This document shows, piece by piece, positions 33,187 to 42,090 of a DNA stretch of 45,260 nucleotides. Where the stretch lies: assembly GCA_964624815.1 (NCBI GenBank), contig CAZUZH010000002.1, positions 10,049-55,308 on the forward strand, in the 5' to 3' direction. This DNA comes from an uncultured Candidatus Saccharibacteria bacterium. Lineage in GTDB: Bacteria > Patescibacteriota > Minisyncoccia > Minisyncoccales > CAZUZH01. The first letter of the stretch is position 1, and each line of letters opens with the position of its first letter. Made by a program: the position numbers and the translations under genes. The notes below the pieces were generated by a model. That model saw only the letters and a list, made by a program, of their open reading frames with translations, did no database searches and was not told where the DNA came from.

Positions 33187-34137
33187 ATGGAACAAGAATT
33201 AATTAAACCAACAGAGAGCTCTAATTTTCTCGCAAAAGAGAGCAAAAAAGTTACTAAAGCTATTATTCCAATTGCTGGTTTGGGCACAAGGTTTTTACCA
33301 ATTACTAAGATTGTTCCAAAAGAATTTCTGCCTTTGGTTGACAAGCCAATGATTCAATATATTGTTGAAGAAGCGGAGAGGGCGGGAATAGAAAAAGTTA
33401 TTTTTATTACTAAGCCTGGTGAAAAAAATATTTTAAAATATTTTAAAAAATCACAGAAATTAGAAAAAAACTTAAAAGAGCAGAAAAAAGAAAGTCTTTT
33501 ACCCTCTCTTAAAAAATTAAATAATCTTTCCAAAAAAATATCTTTTTCTGCGGTTGTTCAGGATAAACCATTGGGAGACGGACATGCTGTTTTACAGGCT
33601 AAAAAATTTATGGGCAAAGAATCAGTCGCTGTTTTGTTTGTTGATGATATTTTTGATTCAAAAATTCCCTGCATTTCCCAGCTTTTACAGGTTTTTAAAA
33701 CCTGCCAAAAGCCTGTGATTGGTTTAAAAAGAGTGGCTGAAGACAAACTCTATCATTATGGAATAGTGGGAGTAGAAAAGATTTCGCATAGGCTTTATAA
33801 AATTAAAAAAATTATTGAGAAGCCTTCCCAGGAGCAGGCTCCTTTTTACCCCGTTAGAGGCTTTGGCTCTAACGGGGCAGGTTTAGCAATTGTCGGAAGA
33901 TATATTTTAACTCCGGAAGTTTTTGAATATTTGAGAAAAGCCAAACCTGTTTTTAGGGGAGAGATAATTTTAGCTGATATTTTTTCAAAAATGATAGACG
34001 ACGGCAAAGTGATTTACGGATATGAAATAGAGGGCAAGTGGTTGGAGTGCGGAGACAAGGCTCGCTGGTTGAAGTCCAGCTTGCAACTTTCTTTAAATCA
34101 TCCTGAGTATGGTCCGGAATTGAAAAATATATTTTAA
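33187..34137 (+). CDS. galU: UTP--glucose-1-phosphate uridylyltransferase
   Basis: AIIPIAGLGTRFLPITKIVPKEFLPLVDKP and LAIVGRYIL motifs. I prefer the ATG at 33187 over the TTG at 33112. Confidence 0.85.
   Translation: MEQELIKPTESSNFLAKESKKVTKAIIPIAGLGTRFLPITKIVPKEFLPLVDKPMIQYIVEEAERAGIEKVIFITKPGEKNILKYFKKSQKLEKNLKEQKKESLLPSLKKLNNLSKKISFSAVVQDKPLGDGHAVLQAKKFMGKESVAVLFVDDIFDSKIPCISQLLQVFKTCQKPVIGLKRVAEDKLYHYGIVGVEKISHRLYKIKKIIEKPSQEQAPFYPVRGFGSNGAGLAIVGRYILTPEVFEYLRKAKPVFRGEIILADIFSKMIDDGKVIYGYEIEGKWLECGDKARWLKSSLQLSLNHPEYGPELKNIF
33849..33877. repeat. CCCCGTTAGAG/CTCTAACGGGG hairpin inside galU
   Basis: 11-bp perfect arms with a 7-nt loop, translated as PVRGFGSNG. Confidence 0.85.
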
Positions 34138-34230
34138 AAATTTGTAGAAGGCCTAAGCCGCCACTACTGCGCTTTTATACGATAGACGATTAAGGGCGTT
34201 GTAAAGGCGTTTAATGGCTTCTATTTAATC

Positions 34231-35223
34231 ATGTACGATTTAATAATTATTGGCGCTGGGCCAGCCGGACTTTCTGCCTGTGTCTATTCTTCTAGGCAAA
34301 AAGTTAAAACACTTTTAATTACCAAAGATTACGGGGGCCAGATTGGCAGAAAAGCCGTATCTATTGAAAATTATCTTGGTTTTTCTAATATTTCCAGCAC
34401 TGAATTAATAAAGAAGTTTAGGGATCACCTGGCGCCAATGGAAAGCATTGAAACGGTTATTGATGAAGTGATTCAGCTTGATAAAAAGGGAGGAGTTTTT
34501 TTAATTTCCACTAAGAATAAAAAGAATTTTGAAGCGGAGGCTGTAATTATTGCTTCCGGCGCTGACCCGCGGCTATTGGAAGTTCCGGGAGAAAAAAAGT
34601 TTTTGGGTCGCGGCGTGAGCTACTGCGCTGTTTGCGACGGAGCAATGTTCGCTGATAAAACTGTGGTTGTTGTTGGCGGAGGCAATTCTGGTTTTGAAAC
34701 AGCAATTTTCCTCAATAACTATGTAAAGAAGATTTATCTTTTGGAATATGGTTTAAAAGTTAAAGCCGATGAAGAGAATCAAACCTTAGTTAAAAAATTA
34801 GGAAAAACAGAAATAATTACTCAGGCAGTAGTTAAAAAAATTGAAGGAGATAAGTTCGTGAAATCACTCACATATCAGGATTTGAACCCGGTTAGAGATT
34901 CTAAGGGCGAGAAGAAAATGCAAAACAAACAAATCTCTAACGGGGCAAAAACCAAGAAAATGAAAAAATTAGCAGTTGAAGGTGTTTTTGTTGAAGTTGG
35001 TAATCAGCCGGCAACATCTTTTGTCAAGGATTTAGTTGATTTTAATGAAAGAGATGAAATAATGGTTGAATTTGAAACCTGCCAAACAAAGACTCCAGGA
35101 CTTTTTGCCGCCGGAGATGTTAATATTGGCAAATACAAGCAAATAATTTCAGCGGCTGGCGAAGGAGCTAAATCGGCTTTAGCTGCCTACGATTATATAC
35201 AACGTAAGAGGCTTAAGAAATAA
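34231..35223 (+). CDS. trxB: thioredoxin-disulfide reductase
   Basis: GAGPAG, CAVCDG redox centre and GGGNSG motifs. Confidence 0.9.
   Translation: MYDLIIIGAGPAGLSACVYSSRQKVKTLLITKDYGGQIGRKAVSIENYLGFSNISSTELIKKFRDHLAPMESIETVIDEVIQLDKKGGVFLISTKNKKNFEAEAVIIASGADPRLLEVPGEKKFLGRGVSYCAVCDGAMFADKTVVVVGGGNSGFETAIFLNNYVKKIYLLEYGLKVKADEENQTLVKKLGKTEIITQAVVKKIEGDKFVKSLTYQDLNPVRDSKGEKKMQNKQISNGAKTKKMKKLAVEGVFVEVGNQPATSFVKDLVDFNERDEIMVEFETCQTKTPGLFAAGDVNIGKYKQIISAAGEGAKSALAAYDYIQRKRLKK
34887..34945. repeat. CCCGGTTAGAGATT / AATCTCTAACGGGG element inside trxB
   Basis: 14-nt arms (13/14 complementary) with a 31-nt loop, translated as PVRDSKGEKKMQNKQISNG. Confidence 0.8.
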
Positions 35224-35269
35224 AATTGGTCGGAGAATCGTTCTTGACCAATTTGCTTTGATTTGTGTT

Positions 35270-36490
35270 ATGAAATCCAAGATTAAATCAATAAAAGCTC
35301 ATGAGATTTTGGATTCGCGAAGGAATCCTACAATTGAAGTAGAATTAGCCACTAATGATAGTGTTTTTTTTGCTTCAGTTCCGTCTGGCTCTTCGCGCGG
35401 AAAATATGAGGCAAAGGAAATGAGAGATAAAAATGGTGGAGTGTCAAAAGCAATAAAAAATATTGAAGAGATAATTGGTCCAAAAATTATTGGCAAAGAC
35501 CCGACTGAACAAAAGAAAATAGACCGATTAATGATTAAGCTGGATGGAACCAAAAATAAATCAAAACTTGGAGCCAATGCCATTTTAGCAGTTTCAATGG
35601 CTGTTTGCCGAGCCGGCACTGATAGCAAAAACGTTCCTTTATGGAAATACATATCACAGTGGAATGAGAACCGCTCTCGTTCTATTGGGATGCCAATGCC
35701 CTGTTTTAATTTAATTGAAGGCGGGGTTCATGCAAAGAACAAGCTGGCTTTTCAGGAATTTATGGTTTGTCCAAAAACAAAAAGTTTCAAGCAAAACTTA
35801 GAAATAGGCATTAAAATATATAATCAATTAAGAAAAGATATTAAAAAAAAATATGGAAAAATTGTTTATGGAGACGAAGGTGGTTTTGCTCCATTGTTAA
35901 ATGATGCTCCAGAAGCATTAGATTTTCTTTTGTCTTGCGCAAAAAAAGCGAATTGTGAAAAGAAAATTAATATTATATTAGATATAGCAGCCACTCAACT
36001 TTACAAAAAAGGAAAATACAAAGTAAATAACGGATTTTTTAACAGAAAAGAGTTATTGGGTTATTATTCGGAATTACTAAAGAATTATCCTATTGTAGGG
36101 TTTGAAGATCCTTTTGCCGAATCTGATTATCAGGCGTTTCAAGAGATTGCTAAGAAACTTGGCAGAAAAATATCTATAATAGGAGATGATTTATTGGCGA
36201 CAAATCCAAGAATAATAAGACAGGCTCAGAAGAAAAAAGCTTGTAATGCTTGTATTATTAAATTAAATCAAATCGGCACGGTGAGCGAAGCCGCGGAAGC
36301 TGTTAAATTAGCTAAATCTTTTGGTTGGAAAACAATGGTTTCTCACCGCTCAGGAGAGACAATGGACGATTTCATTGCTGATTTTGCCGTTGGAATTAGG
36401 GCAGATTTTATTAAGTCTGGCGCTCCATTTCCAAAAGAGAGGATGGCGAAGTATAAAAGATTGGCGGAGATTCAGAAGGAAATAAGTTAA
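35270..36490 (+). CDS. eno: enolase
   Basis: HEILDSRRNPTIEVEL and SHRSGETMD motifs. I prefer the ATG at 35270 over the TTG at 35258. Confidence 0.9.
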   Translation: MKSKIKSIKAHEILDSRRNPTIEVELATNDSVFFASVPSGSSRGKYEAKEMRDKNGGVSKAIKNIEEIIGPKIIGKDPTEQKKIDRLMIKLDGTKNKSKLGANAILAVSMAVCRAGTDSKNVPLWKYISQWNENRSRSIGMPMPCFNLIEGGVHAKNKLAFQEFMVCPKTKSFKQNLEIGIKIYNQLRKDIKKKYGKIVYGDEGGFAPLLNDAPEALDFLLSCAKKANCEKKINIILDIAATQLYKKGKYKVNNGFFNRKELLGYYSELLKNYPIVGFEDPFAESDYQAFQEIAKKLGRKISIIGDDLLATNPRIIRQAQKKKACNACIIKLNQIGTVSEAAEAVKLAKSFGWKTMVSHRSGETMDDFIADFAVGIRADFIKSGAPFPKERMAKYKRLAEIQKEIS

Positions 36491-36623
36491 AAATCCAAAA
36501 TACAAAGCTCAAATGACAAATCAAATCCAAAATCCAAATGACTAAAAATATTTAATAAATAGTTTTGGATTTTGAGCTTTGAGCTTGATTTGACATTTGG
36601 ATTTTGACATTTGGATTTAATTA
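36491..36623. repeat. AT-rich word-repeat spacer (AAATCCAAA words / TTTGGATTT words)
   Basis: An A-rich arm at 36490-36542 and a T-rich arm at 36562-36618 are broadly complementary. Confidence 0.7.
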
Positions 36624-37871
36624 ATGAACATTCTTTTTATTGTCATAGACGGTTTAAGTGAAAAGCCAATAAGAGCATTAGGCAACCGTACGCCGTTGGA
36701 GGCGGCTAAGACCCCTAATTTAGATTGGCTGGCGGAAAACGGAGTTTGTGGTTTGCTTGAACCTGTTTTTACTCAAGCCATGCCCACTTCAGAGGAGGGG
36801 CACTTTGCTTTGTTTGGTTATAATCCTAAGAAATACCATATTAGGAGGGGAATTTTTACTGCCTTAGGCGCTGGTTTAAAAATAAGAAAGGGAGACGTTG
36901 CGTTGCGCGGAAATTTTGCTACTGTTGATAATAAAAAAAGAATTATAGACAGAAGAGCGGGAAGGATAAAAAAAACCAAATTTCTAATTAAAGCTTTGCA
37001 AGGCATAAAAATTAAAGGAGTAAAGTTTTTAATAGCGTCTGCCGGGCAACATAGACTGGGCATTATTATGCGGGGCAGGGGATTGAGTTCACAGATAACT
37101 GACGGCGACCCCCATTATTCAAAAATGGGCAAAAGAGCAAGAAAAATTAATTCTTTTAGAAAAACAAAACACGCAGATTTCACTGCACAAGTTCTTAATA
37201 AGTTTTTAGAAAAGGCTCATCAGATTCTAAAAGAGCATCCTTTAAATAAAAAAAGAGAGAAAAAAGGGCTTTTTCCAGCCAATTATGTTTTAATAAGAGG
37301 CGCCAGCTCATTGGAAAGCTTTACTCCTTTTGAGAAAAAATACAGATTGAAAGCCTGCTGTATTGCCGGAAAGCTTCTTTATAAACAAATTGGAAAATTC
37401 TTGGGAATGGATTTAATAAAAGTTAGAGGGGCTAATGGGCTCCCGACGACCAATCTTCGGGGAAAATTTTTAGCTGCTAAAAAGGTGCTTTGTCCGCGAA
37501 AAGTTTCTTCGAAATTTGGACGGGTGAAAAAATATAATTTTGTTTTTCTTCATATAAAAGCCACTGATAGCTTGGCTGAAGACGGTAAGTTTGAGGAAAA
37601 GAAAAAGTTTATTGAAAAAATTGACAAAAGATTAAAGATTTGCAGAAAACTTAAAAATATTTTGGTTGTGGTAACGGCTGACCATTCTACTTGTTGTTCT
37701 TTGAAAAGACATTGTTCAGAGCTGATACCGGTTTTGATTTATCTTTCTTCTTTCCAAGCCGCAAAGATGCGGAAAGGCGGGGGATTTAGCGAAAAATCCT
37801 GCGCCAAAGGAGAACTCGGAAAAATAGAACAGACTCAGTTAATGTCAAAAATTTTAAAATACGCGAAATAA
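36624..37871 (+). CDS. apgM: cofactor-independent phosphoglycerate mutase, archaeal ApgM type
   Basis: N-terminal ILFIVIDGLSE..TPLEAAKTPNLDWLA and VTADHST motifs. Confidence 0.8.
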   Translation: MNILFIVIDGLSEKPIRALGNRTPLEAAKTPNLDWLAENGVCGLLEPVFTQAMPTSEEGHFALFGYNPKKYHIRRGIFTALGAGLKIRKGDVALRGNFATVDNKKRIIDRRAGRIKKTKFLIKALQGIKIKGVKFLIASAGQHRLGIIMRGRGLSSQITDGDPHYSKMGKRARKINSFRKTKHADFTAQVLNKFLEKAHQILKEHPLNKKREKKGLFPANYVLIRGASSLESFTPFEKKYRLKACCIAGKLLYKQIGKFLGMDLIKVRGANGLPTTNLRGKFLAAKKVLCPRKVSSKFGRVKKYNFVFLHIKATDSLAEDGKFEEKKKFIEKIDKRLKICRKLKNILVVVTADHSTCCSLKRHCSELIPVLIYLSSFQAAKMRKGGGFSEKSCAKGELGKIEQTQLMSKILKYAK

Positions 37872-37963
37872 CTAATTGCGCGAAAAAGGAAAGAATGTTA
37901 TTATTTTGAATACAGAAAAGTTTGTTCGTTCAAAACTCAATACTTAAAACAAAGGAGACAGAA

Positions 37964-38686
37964 ATGGGGATTCTGCAAAATGTTGGCAGACATAAGATTT
38001 TAGCAATTATGCATGGGCAGGCTATGGAAAACTCTCTGAAATTAATTGAATTGGCTGGCAGGACCGCTTATCAAAGCCGGGGAAGAATCAGCGATAGTTC
38101 AGCAGAAAGATTTGTGGAAATGTTAAGAGAAAGAGGGCACGAGAGTGTTTTAGAACATTCAGCCATGACGGTTGAATTTAATAATGTTTCCAGGGGGTTT
38201 ACCCATGAACTTGTTCGTCATCGATTAGCCTCTTATACTCAGGAGTCAACGAGGTATGTTGACGAGAGCGATTTTCTTGTGGTAGTTCCTCCGGACAAAG
38301 ACCCTGATGAGAAAGTGATAAAAATAGAAATAAGTAAAAGAATAGAAAAAGATTTTCCGGGCGCCGCTTGTCAGGTCCAGCGGTTCAGATTATCTTTCAA
38401 AGAGTGGATGGAAATAAACGAACAGGCGTATAGAAGCTTAAGAAAAGCTGGTTGGCCTCCTCAAGATGCAAGACAGGTTTTGCCTATAGGTACAAAAGCT
38501 CAAATTGTTGTCACTGCTAATTTCAGAGAGTGGCGGCATATATTAAAATTAAGAACAGCTCTATCTGCCCATTGGGAGATTAGGCGAGTGATGACAAACC
38601 TTTTAAAGGATGTTCAACGGAGAGTGCCAGTTATGTTTGATGATTTTGTAATTTCTCCAGATGGTAAAAGCGCCAAGCTTACTTAA
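37964..38686 (+). CDS. thyX: FAD-dependent thymidylate synthase ThyX
   Basis: ThyX signature RHRLASYTQESTRY. The ATG at 37964 is preceded by AAAGGAG. Confidence 0.9.
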   Translation: MGILQNVGRHKILAIMHGQAMENSLKLIELAGRTAYQSRGRISDSSAERFVEMLRERGHESVLEHSAMTVEFNNVSRGFTHELVRHRLASYTQESTRYVDESDFLVVVPPDKDPDEKVIKIEISKRIEKDFPGAACQVQRFRLSFKEWMEINEQAYRSLRKAGWPPQDARQVLPIGTKAQIVVTANFREWRHILKLRTALSAHWEIRRVMTNLLKDVQRRVPVMFDDFVISPDGKSAKLT

Positions 38687-38795
38687 AGCCCTTAATCCAA
38701 GCCCCGCAGGATTGCGTCTAGGTCTATGCTGCGGGGCAAGGGCTTTTTTCTTTTCCTTGCCGCGCTCAGTGCGGCGTGGGGACTTCTTTTTTTAA
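38687..38795 (+). terminator. two GC-rich hairpins with T-tracts downstream of thyX
   Basis: ccccgcag / ctgcgggg nested in gccctt / aagggc, then TTTTTT. The second hairpin is gccgc gctcagt gcggc, then a T-tract. Confidence 0.6.
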
Positions 38796-38820
38796 AAAGA
38801 TTATGATAAAATAAAATAAT

Positions 38821-39477
38821 ATGAAAAACCCAGCTAAAATTATTGACCACACAAACATAAATAAAGGAGCAAAAGCTAATGATATTATTAAAACTTGTGA
38901 TGAGGCAAAGGAACATAGATTCCGAGGCATTTGTGTTAATCCTGAGTGGGTGAAATTAGTCAGGAAAGAACTTAAAGGAACGAAAATCAAAGTCGTTGTT
39001 TTAATTGACCCGCCAATGGGACAGAGTTCTCATCAGGAAAGAATAAAGATGTGCCAGAAAGCAAAAAAAGACGGGGCTGATAATTTGGATATTGTAATGA
39101 ATATTATTGATTTAAAATATGATAGATATGACAAAGTATTCAAAGACTTGAAAGAAATTTGTAAAATTGGATCAAGCAAAGTAATTATCGGTTCGGGTTA
39201 TTTAACCGACGAAGAGATAAAAAAAGCATCAGAGATTGTTAAAAGGGCTGGAGCGATTTGCGTTAAAACTTCAACCTTTAAAGATCCGCTGGACCATTTT
39301 GAGTTAAAGGAGAAAGCCAGGCATTTAAAGATTATGAGAAAATCTGCGCCCGGTTTGGAAATTAAGGCAGCCGGTAAAATTAGAACTTTGGCTGATTTGA
39401 AAATGATGGTTCGGGCTGGAGCGGATATTATTGGCACGAGCTCCGGGGTAGAGATTATGAAAGAGCTGCGTTCTTAA
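38821..39477 (+). CDS. deoC: deoxyribose-phosphate aldolase-like class I aldolase
   Basis: IDHTNI..., GICVNPEWV, CVKTSTF (Schiff-base Lys context) and IGTSSG motifs. Confidence 0.75.
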   Translation: MKNPAKIIDHTNINKGAKANDIIKTCDEAKEHRFRGICVNPEWVKLVRKELKGTKIKVVVLIDPPMGQSSHQERIKMCQKAKKDGADNLDIVMNIIDLKYDRYDKVFKDLKEICKIGSSKVIIGSGYLTDEEIKKASEIVKRAGAICVKTSTFKDPLDHFELKEKARHLKIMRKSAPGLEIKAAGKIRTLADLKMMVRAGADIIGTSSGVEIMKELRS

Positions 39478-39608
39478 TTTTCAATTTTCAATTTCTAATT
39501 TTCACTGAATAGATCAATTTTCAATTTTCAAAGCCTTGCTTATAAGAAAAGTTTGAAAATTGATTCATTGAAAATTAATTGTAAATTGAAAATTGTAAAT
39601 TAAAAATT
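39478..39608. repeat. AT-rich word-repeat spacer (TTTTCAATTTT words / AAAATTGAAAA words)
   Basis: Core 11-bp perfect stem 39522-39532 / 39552-39562, with longer imperfect arms. Confidence 0.7.
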
Positions 39609-41072
39609 ATGTATAAATCAACAATCGGCCTTGAAATTCACGCGGAATTGAATACCCGGTCAAAAATGTTTTGCAGGTGTTTAAACGACCCCGAAGAACA
39701 AAAAGCTAATGTTAATGTTTGTCCAATATGTATGGGTCATCCAGGAACTCTGCCCGTAATAAACAAAGAAGCGGTCCGAAAAGTTGTTAAAACCGGACTG
39801 GCTTTAAATTGCCAGATTCCCGAATATTCTAAGTTTGATAGGAAAAATTATTTCTATCCCGATTTGCCGAAAGGTTATCAAATTTCTCAATACGATTTAC
39901 CTCTTTGTAAAAAGGGTTTTTTAGATATTAACGGAAGAAAAATTAATATTACCAGAGTCCATTTGGAAGAGGATACCGGAAAGCTTTTACATCCAAAAGG
40001 AAAAAGATATTCTTTAATTGATTTTAATCGGGCAGGCGTTCCTTTGATGGAATTGGTAACAGAGCCGGATATAACTTCAGGGAGAGAAGCAAGAAAGTTC
40101 GCCGAGGAGCTGCAAATAATTTTGAGATATCTTGGAGTTTCCAACGCTAATATGGAAAAAGGACAGCTCCGGGTTGAAGTGAACATATCTCTTTCAAAAA
40201 ACAGCAAGCTGGGAACAAAGGTTGAAATAAAGAATTTAAATTCTTTTCGCATAGTTGAAAAAGCCATTGATTATGAGATTAAAAGGCAGTATAAAGTTTT
40301 AGAATCGGGTGAAAAGGTTATTCAGGAAACTCGGGGCTGGGATGAAAAGAAATCAGCAACCGTGAGCCAGAGAAAAAAGGAAGAAGCTCATGATTACAGA
40401 TATTTTCCCGAACCAGACTTGCCGCCGATGAAAGTTGGAATTTCGGAATATTTAAAAGAAATAAAATCTGAAATTCCAGAACTGCCGCAACAGAGAAGGG
40501 AGCGTTTTAAAAAAGAGTATAATCTTTCAGAAAAAGAAATTGAGGTTTTTGTTTTTAATAAAAACTTGGGAGAATATTATGAGAAGATGGCTTCAGAATT
40601 GAAAAACTGGCTTAATTCCTTGAAGAAGAAGCCAGATAAAGAAGAAAAGGATAAAATAGTAAAAATAGCAGCTAATTATTTATTGACTGATGCTCTCGGA
40701 CTGCTCAAAGGAGTTTCAGTTTCCAATGAAAACTTTTTAATAACCCCGGAGAACTTTGCTGAATTTATTACTTTAATTTATAAAGGGGATATTTCTAGCA
40801 AGATTGCTAAAGCTGTTCTTTCTGAAATGTTTAAAAGTGGGGCTGATCCCTCCCAAATTATTGAGAAAAAAGGATTATCCCAGATTACTGATGAGTTGGA
40901 GATAGTAAAAGTTGTACAAGGGGTAATTTTAAAAAATGAAAAAGCAGTTGAAGATTATAAAAAAGGAAAACAAACTGTACTTCAGTTTTTAGTGGGCCGA
41001 GTTATGGCAAAAACCAAAGGCAAGGCAAAACCTGACATAATTATCAAAATTTTGAAAAAAGAATTATCCTAA
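39609..41072 (+). CDS. gatB: Asp/Glu-tRNA(Asn/Gln) amidotransferase subunit B
   Basis: IGLEIHAELNTRSKMFCRC, NRAGVPLMELVTEPD and a C-terminal YqeY-like tail. Confidence 0.9.
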   Translation: MYKSTIGLEIHAELNTRSKMFCRCLNDPEEQKANVNVCPICMGHPGTLPVINKEAVRKVVKTGLALNCQIPEYSKFDRKNYFYPDLPKGYQISQYDLPLCKKGFLDINGRKINITRVHLEEDTGKLLHPKGKRYSLIDFNRAGVPLMELVTEPDITSGREARKFAEELQIILRYLGVSNANMEKGQLRVEVNISLSKNSKLGTKVEIKNLNSFRIVEKAIDYEIKRQYKVLESGEKVIQETRGWDEKKSATVSQRKKEEAHDYRYFPEPDLPPMKVGISEYLKEIKSEIPELPQQRRERFKKEYNLSEKEIEVFVFNKNLGEYYEKMASELKNWLNSLKKKPDKEEKDKIVKIAANYLLTDALGLLKGVSVSNENFLITPENFAEFITLIYKGDISSKIAKAVLSEMFKSGADPSQIIEKKGLSQITDELEIVKVVQGVILKNEKAVEDYKKGKQTVLQFLVGRVMAKTKGKAKPDIIIKILKKELS

Positions 41073-41096
41073 CAACGAGAACAGGGCTTGTTGGTT

Positions 41097-42083
41097 TTAA
41101 TTTAGAAATTTTTTCACTAATTTTTCTGCTTCGCGGTACTTTCTGATCCATTTAGTTCTTTTATCTTTTTTGAACCAAGTCATCTGCCGCTTAGCGAATT
41201 GCTCACTTTGTTTTTGTATTTTTTCTAACATTTGATGATAGGAAATTTTGTTCTGTAAATATCGGGCAAGCCAACGGTATTCCAACCCAAATTCTTCAAG
41301 CCGTTTCCAGGAAACTCCATCTTTGTGGAGTTTTTTAACTTCTGCGATCATTCCTTGCTTGCCCCGTAGCCCCCGCCGCGCTCCGTGCGGCGGGGTGGTT
41401 CGGGGTTTAATTCTTTTAAATAATCTTTTAGTAATTAATTTTTCTAATTCATCTTTTGTTTTTTTAATTCCGATTATTAAAAGAGCAAAATCAGATTTTT
41501 CTTTTTTCAATGTCGGTACTGGTTTGTTGGTTTTAATCACAATTTCCAATGCCCTAATTAATCTTCTTTTATTTTTTGGTTCAATTGTTTTGGCTCTTCT
41601 CGGGTCCATTTTTTTTAGTTCTTCAAAAAGTTCTTTTATGGTTTTCTTTTCTAATTTTTTTCTCAATTTCCAATCTGGTTCTACTTTTGGAATTATTAAT
41701 TTATCAACCACAGCTTGAATATAGAAGCCGGTCCCTCCGCAGATAATAGGGACTTTACCCATTTTATGGATTTTTTTAATTGCTTTTAGAGCCTCTTTCT
41801 TAAACCGGGCAACAGTATATTTTCTTTTTGGACTAGCAACATCAATGCAATAATGAGGAATTCCTTTGTGTGTAAAAATATATTTCTTTTTTACTTGCCC
41901 CGTACTAAAATTCGAAGAATTTTTAGTATCGGGGGTGATTTTACCTGTTCCAATATCCATACCTTTATAAACCTGTCTTGAATCAGCCGAAACCACCTCA
42001 CAATTGAATTTTCGAGCGAGTTTCACTGCTAACTCTGATTTTCCGCTTGCCGTCGGCCCCAAAATAACAATTAATTTATCCAT
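41097..42083 (-). CDS. miaA: tRNA dimethylallyltransferase
   Basis: P-loop GPTASGKSELAV and DSRQVYKGMDIGTGK motifs. Confidence 0.9.
   Translation of the reverse strand: MDKLIVILGPTASGKSELAVKLARKFNCEVVSADSRQVYKGMDIGTGKITPDTKNSSNFSTGQVKKKYIFTHKGIPHYCIDVASPKRKYTVARFKKEALKAIKKIHKMGKVPIICGGTGFYIQAVVDKLIIPKVEPDWKLRKKLEKKTIKELFEELKKMDPRRAKTIEPKNKRRLIRALEIVIKTNKPVPTLKKEKSDFALLIIGIKKTKDELEKLITKRLFKRIKPRTTPPHGARRGLRGKQGMIAEVKKLHKDGVSWKRLEEFGLEYRWLARYLQNKISYHQMLEKIQKQSEQFAKRQMTWFKKDKRTKWIRKYREAEKLVKKFLN
41371..41395. repeat. GC-rich hairpin CCCCGCCGC-GCTCCGT-GCGGCGGGG inside miaA
   Basis: 9-bp perfect arms. The 18-nt core (41375-41392) is 17/18 identical to 38759-38776. Confidence 0.8.
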
Positions 42084-42090
42084 GATATTT

